Positions 53,700 to 64,000 of a stretch of DNA of 64,000 nt are shown one piece after another. This stretch comes from Paramecium tetraurelia (Eukaryota), in contig CT868330.1 of NCBI GenBank assembly GCA_000165425.1, forward strand, positions 310,001 to 374,000. The letters are read 5' to 3'. Under the pieces are notes generated by a model that was given only the letters and a program-made list of their open reading frames with translations, was not told where the DNA came from and did no database searches. The position numbers were made by a program, and so were the translations under genes. Position 1 is the first letter of the stretch, and every line of letters begins with the position of its first letter.

Positions 53700-56600
53700 A
53701 TGAGTACATGGCAACAAATCGGCTATCTGGTTAAAAAAAATTTGTTGATCAGTGTGAGAAACAAAGAGTTCCTCGTTGAGTCTATTTTACCAATTGTTGT
53801 GGCAGCAATGCTTTCATTAAAAGGTATATTAGAGATCATGATGATTAGCTCAAATATAAGCTATTTAGTAATTGATGCCTTTGCTATATTGTCTTGCATT
53901 GAATTCTACATAAAGATCTATGATGATTAAGCTGGTAGAAGAGAAAAGTAAAAGGTATAAAGAATTATAGAAAGTAAGTATATCAATAAATTACTCATTA
54001 GATTATGGGCATGAAAGATAACGCATATCTTTTCGGTTGGTTAATAACTGGTTATATAAGAATTGCAATTGTAAGTGTACTTAATATATTCTAGTCATTA
54101 ATAATATTTGAAGTCTGCTGGTATGTGTGTAACATTATATTTAATATTGAATGGGATGAAGAATTTCATGTATCTTTTCTATCTATGTTGTGGCCATACG
54201 TATTATTTGCTTTCGCCGTAAGACTTTATAATAAAATTGATAGGCTATGAATTAGAATTTTTTTTTATCCAGTTTGTTCAATGAAGTTAAAATTGCTGGA
54301 GAGATGCAATCATTTATTTAGGTGGCTTTCACTTTTTTCATATATTTCTCTTTTGTAGCTAAATTGGCTAACAAGACGATATTTTACATTATTTTGACTC
54401 TCATAAGTCCATAATGTGGAATAGCCTTCTCATATATATCAGCAATCAATAGTTCAAGTGGTAATGACTTAACGAAATTGAATTTATTCCCTACTGATAT
54501 CATAAGTAGTACATATCCAACTTAGATGGCTGGAATCCAACTGGGAGTTTAACTAGTTGCATATTTTATATTGTTTTTATATTGTGAATAGGTAGTTCCA
54601 AATGAATATGGAATAGCTAAGCACCCATTATTTATATTTGGAGTCTCTTCTCAGAAAAAAGCAAAAGTCAGATAAATTGACCCTGAAGCTAATTTGGCAC
54701 TTAACAATAGTGATACTCCTTTAAGTTCTGCTATGTACACAGAGGAAATAAAAATGAATAAATCACCAAGCATAACAATTTAGAACTTGTTGAAAAAGTT
54801 TGGAGATTTGAATGCTGTAAATAATTTGAGTCTCGCTTTATATGAATCCCAAATATTCTGTTTACTTGGACATAATGGAGCTGGCAAGACTACAGCCATT
54901 AGTCTATTGACAGGAATGATTCAAAAAACTTCAGGTTAAGTGACCATGTATGGGATGAATTTGGACAGACAGTTATCTGATATAAGAAAATCATTAGGAT
55001 TATGTACTTAGAAAGATTGTTTGTACAATGAATTAACAGTGAAGGAACATTTACTATTCATCAGTGGTATCAAGGGAAGAATTGACAAAGAGGAAATGAT
55101 CCTTATTATGAAGACAACTGAATTATTAGATGAATAAGATAAATAAGTGTAAGAACTTTCAGGAGGTTCAAAAAGAAAATTATCTTTGGCTATGAGTTTG
55201 GTTGGAGATTCAAAAATCATATTTTTAGATGAACCAACTTCAGGGATGGATGCTTATGCGAGAAGATCAATTTGGAATATTTTAGAGAGGATTAGAGAAG
55301 ATAAGAGAACTATCATATTGACTACACATCATCTAGATGAAGCAGAAATACTAGCTAATAGAATTGGAATAATGTCAAAAGGTCAATTATTAGCAGTAGG
55401 ATCATCGGATTACATAAAAAGGAAATTTGGGGAAGGATATAATTTAAAATTATCATTCGATGATGCAAATCTAAGAAACACAATCTAAGAGAAGGTTTAT
55501 TAAATGGTTCCTAATAGCTATTTAGAATCAGAACACTCTAATAATAATAAACTTGTATTCAATATTCCATTTTCATCTAAAGGCAAATTAAGTGATTTAT
55601 TTTATAATTTGGAATCGTTAGATGTTAAAATTGGTTTAGAGATGAAAACCTTGGAGGATGCCTTTGTAAAAATTGGACTTGAGGATGAAAAGACCCACTT
55701 GAATGATGCCAGAAAGAGTGAAATCAAAATTGCTAAATAAAGTATGGGAATTCCAGAGAATACCGAAGACGCAGAAGAATTTGAAAAGGAATATTAAGAT
55801 ATCCTAGAAGAAGGGTAAAACGCTGAAGATGACCATAATGTCACAGAGTTTCATTAGGAAAAACAACTACTTTAAGATGTCCCAGAATGCTTAAAAAATG
55901 AACCTACTTATAAATTTTCATCACAATTACTAGCTATCTTTTTAAGAAGATACTATACTGTGATCAGAACTAGCACTAATTACTTCTCCATCATAATCCC
56001 AATGATTACTTTTGTTTTAGGTATGAGTACAGTAGCTGGTGTAGATTTTGATGAATTATTACATAATGTATTCCCTGATATGGACATTGAAAATTTATCA
56101 GAAGCTGTAGAATTTTTTAAGATTTCATTGCTTGCTAGTTGCAGTGTGTTGGCATTTTGTTTTAATGCAACTGTCTACATATCATAACCAGTCTTAGAGA
56201 AAGAGACTTACTTAAAGTAAGCCTTAATAGGAATGGGATGCAGATCTTTTCCGTACTGGTTTGGTACTTTAATCTTTGACTATATGGTATACTTATGTTA
56301 CGTAGCCTTATTTTATATCATTTCGGCCTTATTGAAATTAGATATAGCATTTAAATATTGGATGACAGGATTATCATGTTACTTACTCTTTGGGTTCAGT
56401 TATATTCTCTTTGCTTATCTGATGGGATTTTTGTTTAAAACTCTGGAGAACGCATTAAAATTATATGCAATGTTTTGCTTTTTTGCTAACTTTTGTGTTC
56501 CTTTTATTGTAATAGCTTTTGTTGATTTCTTTTATTAGGAGTTCAATAATGAAATTGCCAAATAATTCATATATATATTTTAAGTGCTCTTTGTAGTTGT

Positions 56601-57920
56601 ATCTCCATTTTATGCCTTTTTTGAAGCTTGCACATTTTTAGCAGATAATTTTTAAAAAATTTATGATTTAAATCTATACTCTACTCCATAACTAATTCAA
56701 AGAACTTATATATTCCAATTAATCTTACTTGGGTAAATCATCATTCAAATATTAATCCTTTATCTAATCGAATCAAAAAGTCTAACTGTCCCAAGAGGCA
56801 ACTCAAATTAAAAACCATTAACAGATCAATTAGAATAAGAAGTCCTAGAAGAAAGAACTAGAATTCAAAAATCTAAAAAATACGACCCCATAGTTTGCAA
56901 ATTTTTAGAAAAGGAATACATTAAGGATAAACCAACATTATAACAGTTAACATTTGGCGTTAAGAAGGGCGAGATATTTGGAATTATAGGTCCCAATGGT
57001 GCAGGTAAGTCTACACTTATCAACGTATTTACTGGAATCAACTCTCCCACTAAAGGACTTGCTTTAATAAAGGGAGTCGAACCTAATCAACGCAATCAAA
57101 AGGTTATGTAACATGTAGGCATTTGCCCATAATTTGATTGTATTTGGGAGAATCTAACCCCAATAGAGCATTTACAACTCTTTGGTAGAATCAAAGGATT
57201 ATCTGGATAGGATCTTTCATAAGCAGTGAAGTACTTTATCAAGACTATGTAATTGAACTTATTTGTAAAGACAAAGGCAGGGTAATTAAGTGGAGGAAAT
57301 AAGAGAAAACTCTGTGTTGCAGATGCCTTGATAGGAGGAAGTGACATTACCTTTTTTGATGAACCCAGTACAGGAGTCGATCCTATCTCAAGGAGATTTC
57401 TCTTTAATACTCTTTAGAGAAATATTCGATTGAGAAATTGTTCTGCTATTATGACTACTCACACAATTGAAGAGGCTGAAAGCTTAAGTCAACGCTTGGG
57501 AATTCTAATTGCTGGACAATTTAAATGTTTAGGAACTCCATAGTACCTTAGACAGTAAATTAATTATTTTATTCATTTAGAAAATATAGCAAAGGATATC
57601 AAATTGAGATTAAGCATAACAATAATGAACAGACCTAAGATATAGCTGAGTCAGTTGCTAAAATGTTTCCAAACTCATAAATGATGGAAGATAAAAGGAC
57701 TGGATTCATGACCTTTAAGTTTGATGATGAAGATTTCAGTTTTTATAGAACATTCTAATATTTTGAAACGCTGATAAAAGAGATGCTAATTGAAGATTTT
57801 CAAATTAATGAAAAGTAAATTTATCATTTATTATTAACTAGTTCACTTGAGCATATATTTATTCATTTGAGTAAGATCTAATAGGAGATTAATGAGAAAG
57901 AGGGTTTAGTATATGATTGA
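53700..57920 (+). CDS. ABC transporter subfamily A (full size, TMD-NBD-TMD-NBD)
   Basis: NBD1 [44 protein letters not shown]2 [36 protein letters not shown]; several introns. Confidence 0.96.
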
Positions 57921-57997
57921 GGATCTTTTTTATTTGTATATTAATATTCAAAATCAAACAAAAAAAGAAAAATTAATTAAAAAATAACTCACAAAAT

Positions 57998-60030
57998 TCA
58001 TTTAAGCAATTTTTTGATTTGCTCTCTCAAGATTTCTGGACTTAACAATAATTATTGCTATTGTAATTTTTAATTCTTTTTGATTTACTCAATCAAAGAT
58101 TTCGATAATTGTAACGATTTAGTTTGAACATTGAAGAGTATAATTTAATTATAATTAAGCAACAGCAGCAGCATAACAGATAGTTATGTTACAAAATTAT
58201 CTTAAGGATTATTATTTAGATAGTCTACAAGACAATTAATAATGATTTTTAAATCTTTAATATCTTGAGGTGTATAGAGCTATTCTCTCACATTATTAAT
58301 AGTGATCTTATGTTGATTTAACAAAGACTCAATATCCTTTTTGATTGCTATATGATTTGGAATGAAGTCAAATTGTATTTGAATGATTTTCAGTAATTGT
58401 AGGATACTATTTTTTTATTGGCTTATAGGAGACAAGGCATTATCTTAGAAATGATTGCTAAATGTTCTTTTTAATCTTAAGTTTGAACAAGCATTAAAAT
58501 ATCCATTAGCTATTATGTGGTTAAGTGGTTCTCTGGATTTTTCTTCGATTTGGAATTCATTTACTTTGACAACATTAGATGAGTTTTCTTATTCATGAAC
58601 ATATTTATTAGAAGTATTTGTTGAATTAGATTACAAATTACTAGGAGTTCTATATGAATCATTATTATTAGTTGAGTATTTTTTATTTGGAAGAGGAGGA
58701 GTATGTGCATTTTCTAAGAATTTGATAAGTTCGACTCTTTGAGTGGTGAATTTTACAAAGGAATTATTGTTTCTATCTCTTTCTGATTCTTGGGTGTAGG
58801 CAGTAATATTTCTTTAAGGAGTAACTCTTCGATTATCAGGTTGTAGATAAGAGATTTTAGTTTTTGTGTAAAATTTGCCTTTCTATCTCTCACTTGATTT
58901 GTCTGCATCATTAGTCGGAGTGGCATTGCTCATACTTCTATTGTGTCTACTAACAAAATGATAAGTTCCCATGCTTTCAGTTCTTTGCTTGGCTCTTTGA
59001 TGAGGTCTGATTTCCACGAAACTTAAATTTTATTTAATTTGTGTTGATTCTTATTATTGACTTTAATATTAGGAATACGTATTCTTTTGAATAACAGGTA
59101 GTGCTTGATTGATTTCTGGCAGAGTTGTGGTTTGTTCTTGCATTCCAACCAAAGAAAAGAGTTGATCCCAAGAAATTCTTTTTTCTTCATTGATTTGTAA
59201 ACATCCTTTGATGATCTTGATGGTTTATTCGGAGACTTTTGGAAAAGGAGGAAATTCTAAAGGCTTGATGAATAAAATAGAAAATGTACTTTTGTATCCA
59301 ATTTGCCCATTAATTCAACTAGATTTTAAGAATGCCAAGGAGTGATACCATAAATCAATTCATAAAATATGAGACCAAGGGACCAGATATCGCATTTAGA
59401 GGTATAGGATTGTCTTTTTAAGATTTGAGGACTCATGTAAAGTGGCGTACCAACTAATGAATTCATAATGGTGTCAATATGAGAATCAACTTATTTGGCA
59501 AATCCAAAATCTGTTATTTTGAATACACCATCATGGATCATTATATTGGCAGGTTTAATATCTCTGTGAATGATTCCTATTTTTAGTAATGCTTTAATGC
59601 CATGGAGTAAATCCTTTAAAACATTGATTGCATCATTTTCTGGGATCGACCTAATATTATGGAATAAGTCATACTTTCTCTTTTTGAGGTATTCCCTGAG
59701 ATCGCCACCGTTACAAAACTCAGTGATGATGTAGGTATTATTCACACTTTATAATACATCAATCAATCTAACAATATTCTTATCTTCAATCAATTTCATA
59801 ATCTCAATTTCTGAAGCAATGAGTTAACTTGCATAATCTGTTAGTAATATTTTTTTGTCCACTATTTTTAATGCAACAATCTTATCTGTAATAGATAACA
59901 ATTAAAAATTACTATCAACGATGTTTCTTCCACCATAAACTGTACCATAGGCACCCTTTCCTAATTTTGCTTTGAAACTAAACTGATAATTCTGAATTTT
60001 CTTATCTGGAGGGTATTGTAGAAATTACAT
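57998..60030 (-). CDS. ULK/Atg1-related ciliate Ser/Thr kinase with long C-terminal extension
   Basis: [57 protein letters not shown]. Confidence 0.92.
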
Positions 60031-60991
60031 TTTGAATTTGAAAAATAATTAAATAACAACGAATGCAATTTGCGCAATTCTTTATTCAAATCTCAATTAT
60101 ATTTAAATATCACTCATAAATAATCACATCCACATAATCAATTTCCATCTACTTTACAACTCAAATCTAGTATTTTTCATTCTTTATTTTGCATTACCAA
60201 AGAATAAAGTGAAAATACAATTCATTTATTCTACCATCTGAATCTTTGATTTTCTAGCTTTCTAGATTTCTCAAATTATTGTAATTTATTAATCATTAAT
60301 TAATAATCAAAGATCAAAAGTATACTTCTTTATAAAATATGTTAAGGAGAAATCGTAATTCTAAATGCTTTTGATAATTTAAAATTTGATTCTAAAGCTG
60401 CATATTTCATTTTTAATCTTCTATATATATTATTTAATATCTGAATCATAATTTACGTTATCCATGAGTATTCATCTCTATTGATAATAAGAATACAGTT
60501 ACTAAATTTTATTTGTTATTTCTATTCTTCTAGTTATTGTGGATTTGGTTAATATTTGTATTATTATATTCCTATCAACCTACTACATTCTTTCCTAATT
60601 ATTAATAATGAATGATCATTAGTATTTAATATGTATATGATATGCTGCCTCTCTTAGATTTATCATCCAAATAATATATGTATGCTTGTTTAATTTCATC
60701 CATCGTTTTTGAATTCAGAGATCTCTGTATAATAAGAATGATAAAAAGTAAATTTAAAATAAATTATACATGAATTAAAATATTAAGTAATTAATCACAA
60801 CGTCCGTCATCAATTTTATTAAAAATCTCAATTAATATTCTATGTTTAATAATATTACACCAACGTATCCAAAAGAATAATCTGGAAATAAAAATTATTG
60901 AAGAAAATTGACCAAAATTCTGTTTATCCTAACATCTCAACCTTAAATACGAATATCCTAAATCCCTATCTTTAATAATATATTTTAAGAA

Positions 60992-61559
60992 ATGCACGCA
61001 GTTCCTGAACATGTTACCATCGGACTTCCAAGAGAAGGATTACAATCTTTTGATGATCATACAGAATTGGCCAAGCACCCAGCTCCATATAGAATCAAGG
61101 AAATCGAAGGTATAATTTTATATTAAGATGAATAGTCTAATACACCGATGAACATATCCTTGGAACAGTCTTCAAATATGCTGATGCCAAGGGACACACC
61201 ATCGATGGTCACGATATTGAAAAATTCAAGCCTTTTGGACATTTGTTCGGTAAGGTGCACAAGAAGCACTTCAAGATTGATGATGGTAATTGTTCAATAA
61301 TAATCATTTAGATGATGAAATCCTTGAAATTTCAGGACACGCTGGTGCCAGAATCAATGAGTTGAAGTTCAAGACATACAAAGGAAAGGAGGAATCTTTT
61401 GGAGTTAAGAATGGTGTTCATTTCGTTTACTCTTTCCCAGGACACACCTTCGGATCTGTTTCAGGTGGTTATGAAAAACATTTGGATTTCATTAGAATTC
61501 ATGTCAATGAACTCCCCCCTGCTAAACATCATTTGAAAGTTATCATCATCAAGAGTTGA
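60992..61559 (+). CDS. Jacalin-like (beta-prism) lectin domain protein
   Basis: FDD...RIKEIEV...F.ID.DDEILEISG..G.RINELKFKTYKG....FG...G..F........FGSVSGG....LDFI; 2 introns. Confidence 0.8.
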
Positions 61560-61583
61560 GTTATTAATTATATAATAAAAAAT

Positions 61584-62117
61584 ATGTAATCATCAATTAA
61601 TAATACAACTATTACATCCAACCAAACATGCTACAACTAGAGATGCTCCAGGATCGATGTCATCAATTAAATCATTGCCAAAAAATAAAATACCAATAAT
61701 ACCTTATTTTAACTTAAATTTTAGCAATTTTATAGAGATAGAATGGAATTGAACAAAATTTAAAAGAAAGATAAGCTAGAATTGCATGATTAAATATTTA
61801 GACTCTACAAAAACAATCAAGCAGCTTAATAAATCAATCTAACCATTTTTACCCAAGAAAAATTGTATACCCAACCATTTATAAAACCAATTAAATCGTC
61901 AGCTGAAAGAAGAAGACCCAGATCACAATCAACTCATAGAAACATCATTAATTCACCAAAAACAAAAATACCCATTCTAGGAGATGTCTTGAGAATCTCT
62001 CCTAAATATATCAACAATAGAACAACTATTTCATCCAAAAATGATATAAGATCTGTTAGAAAAAACATCTTTTTAGATGCATTGATCCTCTAATAGGAAT
62101 CGTAAGATTTTTTCTGA
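61584..62117 (+). CDS. Hypothetical basic protein
   Basis: Intronless code-6 ORF of 177 aa that contains track ORF 61863-62093 in frame. Confidence 0.6.
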
Positions 62118-63180
62118 TATTTGCTATCGGGATTGAGTGGATGTTTATAGTTGATATACAAATACATTCTCTAAACTATTTAAGGCAGATATACAAATGA
62201 TCTGTTCAAAACTCTTATTCCATCTTTTATTTTCAATTATTTTTTATAACTTCCTCTGCTTTCATTGAGAATTCATTCATTTAAAAATAGATAATTCAAA
62301 TTAAAACTAATTCCATATTTTTCATACTCCTTAATTAATATCAGTTATTATTTTTTAATATAGATATTTAATTGATTTTTATTTCAAATTGTCAATCTTT
62401 ATATTGTATTGATTAGGATAAATTTGTATCCCTTTTTTAATAATATTATATTCTTGATTTTCTATTAAATTATTATTAAGGGAATAAATAATTATATATA
62501 TATATTCTTTCTTTAACTCATTTTCTATTAGAATATACTGAATTCAAAGAAAAGTATTTGTATTTCAATTACTTTTAAATATTAATTTACTACAGTAACC
62601 TTATCTTTAATTTCGTTTAAATTGAAACATATTAATACTTTCGTAATACTAACTTTTATACGGATGGCTCTATTTAAACTTCAATTAAAGAGTTAGAAAG
62701 TAGACTCTTAACCAGTATTAAATTATACTCAAACAATAAATATAATTAGTTATTATGGCATATTGATTTAAATGAAAGTAGTAATAAATTTCAATTAAAA
62801 ATGTTTATGAGAGTTAAATTAAAATTTCGATGGGTTGCTTCCTATAATTCTTCTAAATATAATTCGTTCAATTATTTTTATTACACTTCTTTCGATTTAT
62901 TTAAGATTATTTCTATCATATCAGCTTTCAACTTGGTCCTAAAGTTAGTTTATTAATTCTAATAAATTTAGAAATTTAACTTTATTTATCAAATTCATTG
63001 ATTGATATTTAATGATATTTGACAAAAGATTTAATCAAGCCTATTTTATAGAGAAATCCAAAAAGAGAAAGATCTCTTTAATAAAACCAAAATTCAAAAA
63101 TGAAAAAGATAGCTATTCGATATATATGACTATATTCGAATAAGAATAAATATTTAAATTATTTTATAATGTTCCACCTA

Positions 63181-64000
63181 TCAATTTAATTAATTTTCAG
63201 GTTAAATTTAGAACTTTGAATTGTAATTTTTGTTTTTTATTTAATGAATTGGATTGCTGCTTAAATTTTCAAACCCAGAATTTTAAACTTCAGTAGACTT
63301 GTGATTGGGTTAAACTTAAATTCCATACTAAGGATACTTTGGAGAATTAATTCCTTATATATTTGTTTATGGAGAATAAAAGTCCTGGCTTAAATCTGGG
63401 AACAAAGGTTTCGAATTACCAAGACTTTATTGAGGGTCAATATTCCAAGAATATTATTGTCGAAGGGTATGCTAAAAATTTAATTTATGAATTTCATTTT
63501 CTAAAGTCCTAACCTTAGAATCTAATTATAATTATTTATCCTAATGTTATCAATGTAGAATTTACTCTTTCTAGACTCAATTCATGTTCTAAAGTAATGT
63601 TCCTTTCAGCCAAAAGTGAATTTTGAGATCTCAGATCTTAAATATCTCTATCTCTTAAATCACATTAATTTTATATTCTACGCAGTTCATCTACCAATTA
63701 TTTAAGTTCTTAATTTAGTACCTATTTTTCCTATTCTAATCTTTCTTAATGTTAATATGAACTTTGAATTTGAGCTTGAAGTGCCACAATATCTACATTT
63801 TATATTAAAAATTTACTTCTCTCTAACGAATCACTTTTTTTCTCATAAGTCAATAAGTCAGCATGCATTTCTTTTAATTTTCCTATCGAAGTAGTTCTTT
63901 CATTTCTTAATTGAGATTACATATCCAGAGCTGCTTTTAATTGAGATTCTGACTTAATATAGTCATTCCCTAAATTGACTAAAGCTGTCTCCCTTTTCTT
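63181..64000 (-). CDS. 3' part of a coiled-coil protein entering from the right edge
   Basis: Heptad-rich frame (…ELKQLVDELRRIQNQCDLRDRDIQDLRSQNSLL…) with short introns; stop position approximate. Confidence 0.65.

Overview
AT-rich, very gene-dense eukaryotic DNA from a ciliate macronuclear chromosome, most consistent with Paramecium. TAA/TAG are read as Gln (seen in frame in RPL24, RPL21, V-ATPase B, Rab8, MsrA), TGA is the only stop, introns are tiny (about 20-32 nt, mostly GTA...TAG), and trichocyst-matrix and surface-antigen genes are present. The supplied ORF track treats TAA/TAG as stops and is therefore fragmentary. I re-read the genes by hand in translation table 6 and found about 45 protein-coding genes. 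These include kinases, 2 PP2C, 3 RING ligases, a TTLL, an ABCA, an MPC, a jacalin-like lectin and a 6.6-kb Cys-repeat GPI surface antigen. Most notable: a 7TM receptor fused to a PIP5-kinase plus a free cAMP-receptor-like 7TM gene; a stand-alone kinase module of the plant/fungal Trl1/RNL tRNA ligase; a GLYK/Tda10-type glycerate kinase; a tail-anchored RRM protein with an RQEQL repeat; two convergent CDSs overlapping by 30 nt; a cluster of three +1 frameshifts at 48.3-50.7 kb; and a short ORF with one in-frame TGA sitting on a telomere-like repeat. No rRNA, tRNA, CRISPR array or transposon could be supported. All family calls come from motif recognition, not database searches, and coordinates of hypothetical genes are approximate.
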